Shown one piece after another: positions 27,541 through 41,839 of a stretch of DNA of 64,000 nt. How positions within the stretch are numbered: position 1 is the stretch's first letter; every line of letters begins with the position of its first letter. The notes beneath the pieces were generated by a model, which was not told where the DNA came from, did not search any database, and saw only the letters and a program-made list of their open reading frames with translations. A program made the translations under genes and the position numbers. The DNA is from Stegostoma tigrinum (lineage: Eukaryota): NCBI RefSeq assembly GCF_030684315.1, contig NC_081397.1:5518001-5582000 (forward strand), read 5' to 3'.

Positions 27541-30170
27541 TGTATCAATGTGCCTTGATTCTCTGGCAACCAGTAACTTTCTCTTTGACTGAGAGATATG
27601 TCCAGACAGGGTATGAATCTCTTCTGCATTTTGTGACTTCTGCATTCACTGTCAGTTGGCAGGTTCTAGGAGGGTTCATAGAAGTGGGGCTGCTTTCCTC
27701 TGAGAACTATTCTGAATCAGTAACACGTTTTCTAGTTTGCGTGCTGAGTGTGGGTTTTCTATACCGCGCGTACTGAATGCTGGCTCTGTGTGTCAGTACG
27801 GATCTTTTTTCTGGTTTCTGTAGTATCATTTAGATATTTAGATTCATTTTCTGTTGGACATTTTTAGTACTCTTTCATTAAAGAGAGTTATGTTCTGCAC
27901 CTGTCTTTCTATTTCTACATTATATTTTTATACTAATACTCTGTACAATAGAATGTCATTTCTTCATCACCAGGATCAGAATCAGGATGAGGTGCAGTGC
28001 AGAAGTAGACCATTCTGCCCATTGTGCTTGCACTGGGACATTCTATTCTGCATACTAGTTTCCAGTAGTTGGTGAGAATGTGAGCTTCTTCCACTCACTC
28101 CTAGTGTCTATCTGGTAGTGCCAACTTGACATTAATTCTGTCGTTATCAGCCTTTGAATAGCTGTAGTGCCAGCTTTGCGATGTCTGCAACAGTCTCACG
28201 TACAGTTGATGGATTTCATTCTCCTTTCATGTTCATTTGTGGTTTTGTATCTGAATGCAGCATAAACTCTGCAGATATTCACTGAACCTGTGTGATTGAG
28301 GGATTAATTTTGCATTGACATTTGTCCTTACCATGAGGCTTAATTTCATTGCATTCAATCTCAGTTTTTTTTTTCAAATTTGAGAGCACAGTGGACTTTG
28401 TCAATCATAACTATACAATGTAGCAAACAAACATCGAACACCAAATCTCCTCTCTGTTGTGATTGGTGAGTTTGTGCATCAGTTTACATTTGTCAATATC
28501 TGGAAATCTGTGTAAGGCTAAATTTCATTATTTTCCTTTCATCATTCAATGACTGGCTGTGAGCGAGTTTTCTTGCATGCTCCTCGTCAATATATCTTTA
28601 AAGACTGTTACTGATTCATGTCACACTGACTGTTTCTGTATGTCTCCTTGTGTTTCTAGCTCTGCATGTCATGATCTGATACTCCTCATAAGGTGTGATT
28701 CATGTACTGTAAAACAGCTTTTTCATACATTGACTCTTGCAGAAACATGTCCACTCTTTCTCAGTCTCTTGACCTGAGTGTGAGCATGGATGAAGTGAGT
28801 TTTCATCAGTACTTTATTCGGTTCCTGGTATTATCTGTCAATCTGCTTCTCATTATTTGTCATTGTATTTCACAGTGCAGGAGTATCTTTTTAAAATGAA
28901 CACATCACTTTCAGATGTTGCAGGAGTGCGTTTGATTTTTCTAATCTCTACTGCTCAACATGAATGAGTCTTCATCTAATACCCTCAGTGTCAGGGCCTA
29001 TAAGTGAAGGTATTTCTCCCTTTGTCAGTCTCTGATTGTGCATTTATTCTAGATTGGTCAGTCCCTGGTCTGAACGTGTATTCCAAATTTTGCTCATGTG
29101 ACTGGCGTCCAACAGAGAAGAACATGGAAACTAACATGAGTGTACTAGGGAAATTCGATAGTAACTTCAAACCCTTCGTAGAAATTTGGAAACAAAATGA
29201 AAGGAGATGTACAATGTTTCTTGTTGGACTGAAGGAAAAATTAAAAGTAATGTTAAATCCTGTAAGGTGAAGGAATGGAGAATAATGTTGTGATAAGGGT
29301 GAGGACAGCAGTTCCTCTGCGGCCTCGATACATTTGTGGAAATAGAATGCTGACTGATTGGGTTTCGTGTTGTCAGCTGTTTTTCATTGGTGCAGACCCA
29401 AAGGGCTGAAGGGCCTTTTTCTGTGCTGCAGACTTCTATAACTTGAGGTTGTTTGGGGAGATCACTTTGAATGTACCATTTTCTTTGATTTGCAGCGTAT
29501 ACAGAACGTTTGGTTGTTCCACATTGCAACATGCACCTTTGGACAGTGAGAGTGTGTGTGTGTGAGTGAGAGGGTCAGAATTATTCCACAGAGAATTAAT
29601 TCTGTCCTTCTCATTTACTGATAAGCTTCATATAAACGTGTTTCATCCATTTTAGTAACTCTTGTCCTCTCAGTGAGCAGTTTCTTCCCATTTCTGCACT
29701 GAACTGAGGTATGGCTGTTGCCACTATGTTACAGCATGATCTATTTGTTTGTCTTGATTGGAAGTTTGAAAATGCCCTTAGTCAGTGCAGATTTAATGCT
29801 GTTCCCGAGTGTCTGTTCCAAATGACCGTTCAGTCTATCCATCTTCAAAACCGGTGTCAATGTCAATGGGCTACATATTTGCTGATTGTTAGAAGCAGCT
29901 AGTCACACATGGCTTTCTACCGAGTAAATATGACAACATCCAGGTCCTTCAAGTATTTGCCTGGAGGAAGAGAGAATACACGCTTCTTGTAAAATCCTGA
30001 AAATGTGAGATAATAGGAACAGCGGACGCTGGAGAATCTGAGAATAACAAGGCGTAGAGCTGGACGAACATAGCAGGACAAGCAGCTTGGCCTGCTGTGT
30101 TCATCCAGTTTTACGCCTTGTTATACAGAAAGTCTGGCAATATTTCCACTGTTCACGGCACAATATCTAA

Positions 30171-30606
30171 AAACAGCGTGAAACAGAAGCTAATCGATAA
30201 ATTTCCATCAGTGCTGAGAGGATAAAAAAAACACAAGACTGACCCCCAGCAGCTTCTTGCCGCTGTGTCTCCCTCAGCAGGCCCACACACAGCCCGAGAA
30301 AGGCCTCTCTCTCCCCGCCCCCAGGCCGCTCTCTCTCTCCAAGTTCCGGGACCAGTTCCTGCCCCGCTCGGCCTCTTCCCAACAGCCCCCGGTTCTCCCT
30401 GAACTGAGCCCGAATCAATGCCGGTCTCGGGGCCCCCCTCTGTGTCCCAGACTCACATCTTGATGCGCTGCCGGAAGGAGACTGCTGCTCCCTCGCTTCC
30501 CTGGGCGCTGGTCTCTCCATTGCGGTCTGTTTCAAACAAACCTCTTCCACTCACTGAGTAAATGCCCCTCAATGGCAGCGCTGGGGGAGAGGGCCTCATG
30601 CATGTG
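30171..30606 (-). repeat. Module copy A (NRF1 motif decayed, upstream part replaced by a SINE fragment)
   Basis: Near-identical to 49428-49860; ATG 30520, donor 30451-30456; motif reads CATGCATGTG. Confidence 0.6.
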
Positions 30607-31059
30607 ACAAAGGGAAATGCAGGGTTGCGGGGAAAGGGCGGTGCAATGGGCCTGGGAGAGGATGCTGTTCAGAGGGTCGGTGTGGGCTTTTAGTTGGTCT
30701 GAATTGTCTGTTTCCACATTGTAGGGATTCAATGATGATTCTATGATGTGTGCTGCAGATTAGGCTCCTAATTGTGAACTATATACCAATGTTTTGTTCT
30801 GCTCATGTCACCTCCCTGACTGTTTTCATAATAAATAAAAGTTCGAACATAATTTTGAATGCTCCTGTTTCCTCCCGCAGTCCAAAGTGTGCAAGCTAGG
30901 TGGGTTGGCTCTGCTAAATTGCCCGTGGTGCCCAGGGATGTTTGGGTTAGTTGGGTTATGCACGAGAAATAAAGGATAGGGGAATAGGTCTGGGTAGGGT
31001 GCTCTTCAGAGGGCCGATGGGGACTTGTTGGACCAAATGGCCTGGAGGGGTTTTGTGTG

Positions 31060-31610
31060 TGGCAGCATCTTCGAAGGAAAAAGAAACAAAATTGATATTC
31101 TGGATTCAGTGACCTTTCTGCAGAATTGATGGTGGCCGGGGAAACGTCAGTTTATATGCAGAAACAAAATGAGAGTGTGATGGGGTTTGGAATAAATGAT
31201 AGCATAGAGCCGAACAGAAAGAAGAACAGTTGAACAGAGTTGATGACGATCAGGCGGGGAGATTGAATCGTAGTTAATGGGGACTATTAGTGACTGACAG
31301 TAGGTGGTGGATAATGGCAGGGTATGTGGTAACAAGGCCTTGTGAGGGGTAGAGTTTATGCACAAAAATTATTCATCTCGATATTGAGTCCGGAGGGCTG
31401 CAGGGTCCCCAAGTGGAAGATGAGGTGTTGTTCTTCTAGCTTGTGTTGAGCTTCAATGGAACTCTGCAGCAAGACAGAGACAGAGATGTTGGACTGGGAA
31501 CGAGGTGGTGCATTAAAGTGTCAGGCAACAGGAATTTCAAGGTCTTTTTTGCAAGCAGTACATAGATGCTCTTCAAAATGATGAGCCAGTCTATGCTTTG
31601 TTTCACAACT
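31060..31610 (-). mobile_element. Penelope-like 3' end (GIY-YIG remnant)
   Basis: CETKHRLAHHFEEHL and HLGTLQPSGLNIE-like remnants on the minus strand. Confidence 0.6.
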
Positions 31611-32756
31611 GGGTGTTTTAAGAGAATTTGGACAGTCTTTGTTATTGGGCAAGAACAATGCAGACTTTTCAAAGAAAAAAAAATGCCAGATGTGGGCATC
31701 ACTGACTGATCTGAGCATTGATTGGCCCTCCTGAAATGGCCGTGAGAAGGTGGTAGTGAACTGTCTTCCTGAACCATTGCAATCTCTGAGCTGTAGGTCG
31801 ATCCACATTGCCATTAGGAAGGGAATTGCAGGATTTTCACCGATTGACACAGGCTGAATGGCCAATATATTTCCAAGTCAGGATGGTGAGTGGCCTGGAG
31901 AAGATCTTGCAGATCGTGCTGTTCCCATGAACCTGCTGCTTGTCTTTCAAGATGGAAGTAGTTGTGGGTTTGGAAGGTGCTGTCTAATTTTATGTTTGAG
32001 AGAGTGGATGTTTGTGAATGTGGTGCCAATTTAACAGGAGCAGCTTTTTCATGGATAGTATCTCGCTTGCCGTGTGCAGTTGGAGCGGCACTAACAGAGG
32101 TAATGGGGGCTGTAGAGGGGAAGCCTTTACTCTCATGTCTGAAATGTTGGAGATTTTGGACAGGTTTGAGAAATCAGGAGGTAAATTACTTGCTGCAGTA
32201 TCCATAGCCTTAGACCTGCTCTTGTAGCCACTGCATTTATTGGGCGAGTCCAGTTCAGCTTGTGGTTCATGGTAGCTTCCAGGATGTTGACAGTGGAGGA
32301 TACAATGATGCTGAGGCCCAAGTCAAAGGATGCCTTACTGCACGTCTCTGTGATGCAGTTTTACACTCACACACTGATCAGACTTGATATAGCCTCCATC
32401 CACCCTAACAGCAAGTTCCATCACAACAACCCCCACTACAATCCCAAATCTCTCTGGTATTGTATCGGTTAATGTGCGTGATAGTGAACAGAATTGGACA
32501 TGTTGCACTGACCCTGAGAACAATACTCCTGGATTACAGCAGGGCAGTCGCTGTTCCTTCTCCTCTCAGAAAGTCTGCCCAGGCACACACTCACCTTGAC
32601 TAGAGGTTAGCTACATCCCCCCATGCTGAGAAACTGCATGGTCTGTGTGTCTATGTTTAGTGGAGAACAGATGATCTCTGCTGGGATTGATTTTGTAATG
32701 TTCACTGTCAGAGCAGGAGGAGCAAATACAATTGAAAACATTGGAAAGGTTCACTA

Positions 32757-32960
32757 AAGCGAAGGCCAAGCCGAAAGTGAAAGTGACCAAGAAAGCAGCA
32801 AAGAAATGAACCCATAGGTGCAACATGTAACCATCTGAACCCAAAGGCTCCTGTCAGAGATACCGATATCTCTCAGGAAAGAGCTGAGCCCGGATCAAAG
32901 GGTCCCTGTCCTGGTTCCGAGTGGAGACGTAGACATTAATTAATTTGAATCACTCAAAGC
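32757..32960 (+). pseudogene. H1: Orphan 3' remnant of a histone H1 gene
   Basis: Encodes KAKAKPKVKVTKKAAKK* (TGA 32807-32809); 3' UTR, decayed stem-loop GGCTCCTGTCAGAGAT and HDE GAAAGAGCTG align with 55220-55620; no globular domain upstream. Confidence 0.88.
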
Positions 32961-33064
32961 ACACTTTCTTGGCTCCATTTACACCCAGTTCCTCTCGCAC
33001 ATTCTACAATGAATCAGTGTGAGGACCCCCCTCTCATTTTCACTGACCATCAGTTCGGGTGCAC

Positions 33065-33812
33065 TTGCAGTTCAGGAACAAAAACAAAGTTACTGGAAAT
33101 GCTCAGCAGATTTGGCAGCATCTATGGAGGGGAAAAAAAGTGAACATTTCGGGTCCGATGACCCTTCCTCAGAACTGGATGCAGAGAGATGAAGCTGAGG
33201 CCTTTGCTGAGTACAGAGCGTTCAGCATCAGAGAGCAGAAGGTTAGGAGGGATGGCCAATACCCAACATGACGTGGGGTGTTTGTGGGAGGGGATAGAGT
33301 CAGAGCGAAGGGAAGGAGAGGTAGGTTCCAGACAGCCATGGGTATTTTTGAGTTGATGCATCTTGTGGGCCTGATTGCCTGATCGGAAAAGAAAACAAAA
33401 AATTTCCTTGTTAGTCTGACGAATGAGCCGGAGGATGAAGTGGAACTGAGGACTGGTACAGCCCTGAGGCAGTGTGTTACGATGCTGTTGGAGAGAGAGG
33501 TTGAGAGTATGCATGTGCCGCCGCATCACATTGAGGGTGGATCTCAGAATGTGGCCAGAGCTGCCGTCCGTAGAATGTTGAACATCATGGTGGTATCTAT
33601 GATCCTGGGAGGATTCAAAACATGAGGGATGAAACTTGAGTTGGAATCCACGTGGTGTGAGTCTGAGCCGGAGGCAGTCACTGAGGAATGTGATATGGCT
33701 GTGGAAAGTGATATTGGCTGGATGAAGAGTCTCGGCCCGAAATATCAGCTTTTGTGCTCCTAAGATGCTGCTTGGCCAGCTGTGTTCATCCAGCACCACA
33801 CTTTGTTATTAT
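33065..33812 (-). mobile_element. Penelope-like 5' ORF fragment flanked by pLTR/hammerhead-like pieces
   Basis: ORF 33122-33799 contains LSDAERSVLSKGLSF, a PLE N-terminal-like motif; CTGAGGA-AGGGTC...GACCC-GAAA on minus at ~33145-33172. Confidence 0.6.
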
Positions 33813-34247
33813 GGCTGTGGAAAAGTCAGTTTCAGTTCCTGGCCGTTTCTTTTTTACACATTCAGGGAGAGAGTAACACTGGCGCAGAAACCCTGCTTCA
33901 CAACACAGCCCTCAAGAAATTATTTTGTCTGATTCTGCTGGAGCAATGGAAACTGATACTGTCTTTGAAATGGAAGCTGACATTCTGTCTTCTGAAAGAA
34001 AGGCCGGCACATGGGCGTTTAATTGTATCACAACTGCTTTTAAAAGTTCCAGGTTTTATTATCTTCGAACATGAAGCTTGAGTCTGCAGGCTTTCTGCCG
34101 GGCCTTGTGTTCACTGCCCTTGTGGAGAAAAGGTTGAGTTCCAGATCCAGTGAGGGGCGGGAGTTAGCTGGAGGCGGAGCTGGACATTTCTCTGTCTGTC
34201 ACTCAGTTTCCTGCCCGGGCCGCCTCTCACTCTCTGTCAGCTCTTTC

Positions 34248-34275
34248 TCAGTCAGGTCGGGGCGGGCTGTATAAA
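34248..34275 (+). promoter_or_regulatory. H4 promoter: site II-like element, GC box and TATA box
   Basis: TCAGTCAGGTCGG (34248-34260) resembles the vertebrate H4 site II/HiNF-P element; GGGCGG follows; TATAAA at 34270-34275. Confidence 0.7.
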
Positions 34276-34323
34276 GAAGGAAGGTGAGGCAGCTCGGCTC
34301 TCACTCGGCAGCGATTGCAGTGA

Positions 34324-34644
<321 letters not shown>

Positions 34645-34674
34645 GCAACTCGTCCCTTTTCCAGCGAACCCAAA

Positions 34675-34690
34675 GGCTCTTTTCAGAGCC
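34675..34690 (+). terminator. Histone 3' stem-loop of H4, followed by ACCCA and a purine-rich HDE
   Basis: GGCTCTTTTCAGAGCC then ACCCA; GAGAGCGG about 17 nt downstream. Confidence 0.95.
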
Positions 34691-35325
34691 ACCCAAACCC
34701 TCCGATTGAGAGCGGAGACCTGAGGACGGGGAAAGGCAACACATAGGGCTGTTGCAGCGACTTTTAATTTTGAACCAATCCTTTAAGGAAAGATACTAAC
34801 TTCGTGCCCCGCGTTGCAGGAGAAATTATACTGTCTGCAGTAAAGTGTTTTATAACCAAGGTATCCCTGCACTACAGATAGAGGCTTCACGGCCTTTCGA
34901 GACGATACTGTTCTGCAGCTGGTTATGCCCTTTCTTGTGAATACCAGTCTATCAGTAATACTACCAGTTGCCCATACCATGAATAATAATTTGCTCTGTC
35001 CGTAATTTTGGGCCCAGGCGCTAATTGCATGTTGCAGTGTTTGTACTTCATTGACGCTTCCAGGAATGATACTTTGTTCAGATTTGATTCTGGTAGCCGT
35101 GCCGATGTTTTAATGGCGAGTTCATTCGAACTGCCTGTCAGAGATACAGGAAAAGATTCAGAGCCCTCTCCGCGCTGACTGCAAGTTCGGTTCACAAGAA
35201 AATTTTGTAACGCATGAGATATAACCTTAGTTGCAGACGCATGGGACTTCTCGTTTTAAAATTACTTCAGTTCAGGCTGAAATCGGCGGGCGATTTGAAA
35301 TTGACCAACTGTCATTTCAACTTAA

Positions 35326-35449
35326 CCAATCAGCCTCCACCAATTATTTTGCTGCCTTTTCTGTCCTTCAGCGGCGGTTTCTCAGGGGGTTGAGGGACGG
35401 GGCTGTATCCAATCCCAGCTCTCGGGCGGGCTCTCCATTCCCTTAAATA
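35326..35449 (+). promoter_or_regulatory. H3 promoter with three CCAAT boxes and TATA-like box
   Basis: CCAAT at 35326, 35340 and 35409; TTAAATA at 35443-35449. Confidence 0.7.
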
Positions 35450-35480
35450 GGCAGCGCCGCAGCAGGATCATCATTGATAG

Positions 35481-35918
<438 letters not shown>

Positions 35919-35960
35919 AAGGAGCGGCCCCGGCCCTCCACACTTACCCCGAGCAACAAC

Positions 35961-35976
35961 GGCTCTTTTCAGAGCC
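35961..35976 (+). terminator. Histone 3' stem-loop of H3
   Basis: GGCTCTTTTCAGAGCC; GAGAGAGC HDE-like element at ~35990. Confidence 0.95.
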
Positions 35977-36695
35977 ACTACACTATCCTGAGAGAGCAGC
36001 AATCATCAGGCACTATGGACTTTCGTTAATGCTAATTGATGTCTCAATGCAACAGCTCTTGAAGATACTGAATGTGTCTGAGATGCATTAATTCATATTA
36101 AAGACAAGACGCAACTCGGGGCAATCAGATTTATACATTTTCAGTAATCGCAACAAATTCAAGTACTGCGCACCACGTTTTATAATTTATACACTTCCAA
36201 TTGAAACGCCTGTGTGTGCGAATTGCTTCCCTTGGCGTTTCCCCAGCTGTAACGGAACTTGGCGGAGGAGGATGGTGGAAAATAATCGCCAATTTCAAAA
36301 CCCACCACAACACACAAACGATTTTTATCTTTTTGTTCGTGCACTCGACACTTTGCCCATACCCAATCTCCCACTAGACTATTTCTTCGACCCACTGAGG
36401 GAGGGTCGGTTCAGTCCCGAATGGCCTCTTTCTGGCGCGGAGCTATTCCATGTCTCTATTTCCCTGTCAGCGTATTGACGGGGATGCCCCTTTGAGTCAC
36501 TGTTTAAAGTCGCTGTCCCTGTAGCAAAACCTCCAACTTTATTCGAACCGTCCGGCAGCTGTTCTGGTGTTATCCGTGTTAAGGAGAAAGCAAAAGCGAT
36601 TATTTTTGCTCATTTAGAGGCCTGTGTTTCCACATAAAATGCAAATTAATTAGCCAGCAGTGACGGTCTAGCTGCTTTTCACTGATGTTGTGGGT

Positions 36696-36711
36696 GGCTC
36701 TTAAAAGAGCC
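36696..36711 (-). terminator. Histone 3' stem-loop of H2A
   Basis: Minus strand GGCTCTTTTAAGAGCC-ACCCA, then GAAAAGCAGC (36671-36680). Confidence 0.95.
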
Positions 36712-36741
36712 TTTGTGTTTGCAAATTCAAGAACGGCCTCT

Positions 36742-37194
<453 letters not shown>

Positions 37195-38224
37195 TTATAC
37201 CTTCGGGAGGAATGGGGGTGCGGCCATTGCTGATTGGTCACATTGTTCGGTATCTCCTAATGTCGTTTCCATTCCCAATCAGATATCTGCTTCCCTCACC
37301 AATCCGGAGAGGGCCCGGGGAGAAGGCGGGAAAATCCCGGCGCCAAATCATCAACCGCTTTCTTTCAAACTCGGAAAGCCCGCCAATATAGACTAAACCG
37401 GGACTGTTACAAAGGGCAATGTGTAGACTTATGAATTAGTTTAACTTTAAGCTTACAATTGTACGCTTTACCTCATCCAGTCCATTTAATTTCGGACCTT
37501 TAATGGGATTTTCTGAATTTTAAGTACAAGCGGAAACAAAATCAAAGCGCCAAAAACCACACTTTGCAGCATTCTTTTTCTTTCAGTTTATTTAAAAAAG
37601 ACCTATCGGTATATTGATAAAACATCAGACATTCTTCCCGGTGAGCGCATTAACAGCGAACACGGTCTCTGGGCAATATTTTAAATTCGCGCTCTTACCG
37701 TACCGATCACACCTCAGCAAACGCACAAACTTGCTGTTCCAGTTCTGGTTTATCGGGTTCATTTTGAAAGTCTCTCACCCACAGAAGAAAGCCTCAGTTA
37801 CAGCATTCTAATAACGGACACAACTCCCGTGGAGATTTAGAAATTAAAACACAAGACCAGCGATCTCAAAATGTATCGATTCGGGGGAATTCAAAGACAG
37901 GGAGACTCCCCCTCCCCCCGCACCGATGAACTTCACGGTTCCTACTCCACCAGGGCGTGCAGCTCCTGAACTGACCAAGTATTAAGGGATGGCTAAAGAA
38001 TTAGCTCGTCAATGGCTGGTTTAGTTTGACCTTTCTCTGCAGGTCGGGAAGAGACCGCATGTGAACGCAACCGAAAATACAGTGTCGGGGAACAGCTATC
38101 ACCGTTCACATACTTAAACAGCCAAATGCATAAATAGACGATTTCCCAGAATCAATTTCAAACTAAAGCAAATCAGTAATAAAAAAGAGACAATGGCTCA
38201 GCTTCTGTCAATGAACTTGTGGGT

Positions 38225-38240
38225 GGCTCTTAAAAGAGCC
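38225..38240 (-). terminator. Histone 3' stem-loop of the H2B pseudogene
   Basis: Minus strand GGCTCTTTTAAGAGCC-ACCCA; AGAAGCTGAG about 20 nt downstream. Confidence 0.93.
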
Positions 38241-38282
38241 GTTGGGTTTTGGATTTGTGTGTGCTTTCAGCAGCGAGGTGTC

Positions 38283-38651
<369 letters not shown>

Positions 38652-38699
38652 CGCGACGGTCACTTTCAGACATAGAATAAGAAAAGTGGGCTCGGAGCT

Positions 38700-38767
38700 C
38701 GCTTTTTTTAAGTGATGGCGTCAACAATGCTAATGAGGGATGGGGGCGCGTCTTGTTCATGATTGGA
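38700..38767 (-). promoter_or_regulatory. H2B promoter: CCAAT, variant octamer ATTAGCAT, TGACG, degenerate TATA
   Basis: ATGCTAAT at 38727-38734 (ATTAGCAT on minus); same motif order as 63746-63810. Confidence 0.7.
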
Positions 38768-39474
38768 CCGTATCAATGACGTCGAGTTGGGAATATTAGT
38801 GTTTTGTGATTGGTTAATGCGGGACTCAGTTTGGATCTGTTCGGATCGCCACAAATTGTGAGTTGGAAGTTAATTCTGTTCCTGTCAATCCGACTGAGGG
38901 AGATTTGTTTAGTACCTGTAGGACAAGGTACATTTTGCTCGATGTGACGATGATTTAGGGTTGCAGGGGTTTGCATGTCAGTTTCTGATCCTCTGTACTG
39001 TCTGCAACTAACACAGAGCATGTTACTTTCTGATAAATTCACACATCCAAAATGAGTCAGTTTTTGTGGATTTTCTCTGGAATTAAGATGCTGCTCTGTG
39101 AAACTGTGTGTTGTTTTTGAACCATACATGTCCATTGTGCTGTGTGAAACAGGGTGTGTTATTATTAACACGTTCCTGTCAATATCTCCTTGGGAATATG
39201 AAAGCGCATTTATCAGTCATTCTCTGACATTTACTCTTATGTGCATGGGAGAGATTTCTTACACAACAGTGACAGGGACAGGTGCGTATGTGAGACTATA
39301 GTCATTAATGCCTGTCAGTTTCGAATATGTGAACGTGAATAAATGTTTCATACTGTACCTGTCAGTTTCAGTCATGAGAACGGGAGTGTTCTGATCAGTC
39401 TCTACATGTCAGTTTCTGCTGTTACCAGGAGTTCAATTATTGATTTGTTCCTGTCAGATTCTGCTCTGTGAATG

Positions 39475-40240
39475 TCTGATGAAGGGTCTAGGCCCAAAAC
39501 GTCAGCTTTTGTGCTCCTGAGATGCTGCTTGGCCTGCTCCGTTCATCCAGCTCCACACTTCATTATCTTGGATTCTCCAGCATCTGCAGTCCCCATTATC
39601 ACAGGTACAGTTCGATATCCTGGTGCCTAGCTTTCTGCCAGTTTGTCACAGTTCTTGCAAGGTATTTTGTAGATGACGTTTGTTTTGTTTGCTGTCTGTA
39701 TAGGGTACAGACAGCAAACGAAACGACCATCATCTACAAAATACCTTGCAAGAACTGTGACAAACACTGCATTGGGCAAACTGGCAGAAAGCTGGCCACC
39801 AGGATACATGAACATCAACTAGCCACAAAACGACATGACCCACTATCACTCGTATCCTTACATACAGATGAGGAAGGACACCACTTGGATTGGGACAACA
39901 CATCCATCCTAGGACAAGCCAAACAGAGACACGCACAAGAATTCCTAGAAGCATGGCATTCTAACCGGAATTCCATCAACATATACGTTGGCTCCAAATC
40001 AATCTACCATCCCCTGAGAAAAAGAACAGGAAATGACATCACCAACGCAGGAAATGACACCAGCAACCCAAGGAAACCTAACCAGATAAATAGAAAGCAG
40101 GACATAACACCAGTGCTTCGTCGGAGGCTCACTGATGATGTTACCTAAAATGGTAACGAAACGTCTGAAATTCCAGCTCAGCGAGTAAACTCACATCCAG
40201 AACCTCAACCTGAGCTACAAATCTTCTCAAAACTCGCTAG
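39475..40240 (+). mobile_element. Penelope-like fragments: pLTR plus 5'-inverted GIY-YIG 3' end with hammerhead
   Basis: IIYKIPCKNCDKHCIGQTGRKLATRIHEH GIY-YIG motif in ORF 39522-40148; fold-back with loop 39701-39705; hammerhead at 40129-40168. Confidence 0.85.
40129..40168 (+). ncRNA. Minimal type-I hammerhead ribozyme motif (Penelope-associated)
   Basis: tca-CTGATGA-t-GTTACC-taaaat-GGTAAC-GAAAC-GTC-tga: 3-bp helix I, 6-bp helix II, palindromic ACGT helix III. Confidence 0.75.
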
Positions 40241-41839
40241 TTGATTCATCCTTTATTTTGGGGACTTATCGGAGAGTGCAGTTTCCTTCTGTATTTCTAA
40301 TTAACAACTATTTTATACAAGATCATTGAAACTATACAAAAGCTTAATCACGTTATTATCTTGGCCATAACTTTAAAAATGCCCTTAACAGATATAGATT
40401 TGATTTCAGTACTGTGTGCATATTTTGGATGAGGATTCAGCCTATCCCTCTTCAGAAGTGGTGTAAATGTCAATGGGCTGTGAGTGGTGACATTTATTGG
40501 AAATTGAGTGGTTTGCTTTGTGAATGGAGGAAGAAAAATAATAAACTTGTAGTTTCTTGGTGGTGTCTGACTCTGTTTGAAACTCTCTCACTGAAAATTG
40601 AGCTTCTTCTGATTCTGAAACAGACTGCTCTGTGACTGTGGAAAGGATGTTCTTTGCTCGGACAATTGTAACAAACCTGCTGTTTGATCGAAGGAGCTGG
40701 TCACACTTAGCTTTGTACTGAGGAAATATTATGTTGCCTTTGTACTTCAAGTATTTGCCTGTTGGATGACAGAAGTGATATCTCCTGTGAATCAGCATCA
40801 GCTGCTTTTGCTCATATCAAACTGTTCAATTTAACAGTCTTAATAATAATTAGGATTTTATTTCAACTTGAAGCCAGCAATTCAGACAGAACTGTGGATC
40901 TGATTTCGTGCTTCCCCTGAATTTTTTTTTAAAAGCTCCACATCAACTGAGTGAGATCCTAAGTCTAACCCAAACCTGTACATGTTCATGAATGGGACAA
41001 CCTTATGCAAGTATAAATGTGAGTTTAGTTTTTGATCTGTAGCTGTCATTTTCTGCATGGTGAATGTGGGACAATAGTTATCAATATGTACCTGTCAGAT
41101 TCTGCCCTGTGAATGAATGACAGTTATCAAACTGTATGTTTCTGTTGGTACGATGTGAATGTAAGAGTCTGACTTTCATCTGTTTGTCTAAGTTTCTCGA
41201 ACATATTCACATATTTGCCATGCAGAGGCTGACAGGGACAGATTGGTAAAGACACACTCATGCACAGAGCATAAACAGACATGGATAGATTGTAAACTAA
41301 ACTCAAATAACCACGTTGGAGAAACTCATAGGGAACTGCCACAACATCCTGGGATATACTTGATCACGTCCCAGGGATTTATCCATCTTTATGCTTTCTC
41401 AAACCTCCAGCATTTCCCCTTCTGTAATGTGGACTTTTTTTTTAAGACATCTGTATTTATTTCTCCTCAGTCCCCTCGCCTCCATTTCTTTCTCCATAGT
41501 AAAAACTGAAGCAAAATATTCATTTTGTATCTCTCCCATTTCCTGTGATTCAAAACATAGATTATTTCAATGGTCCTCAAGGATTTTGATTAACTAAATT
41601 GTTCTTTTGCTTTTAATGTACTTGCAGAATCTCTTTGAAATATCCTTCACCCTATCTGCGAAGGCCATATCAAAGCATCTTAATGCCCAGAGTTCTCTCT
41701 TAACAATGAGGCTACAATCCCTGTATTGTTCAAGAGAATCACTTAGAACATGGAGCAATACAGCGCACAACAGGCCCATCGGCCCTCAATGTTGCGCTGG
41801 CCTGTGAGCTAATCTAAGCCCACCACACTACACTATCCC

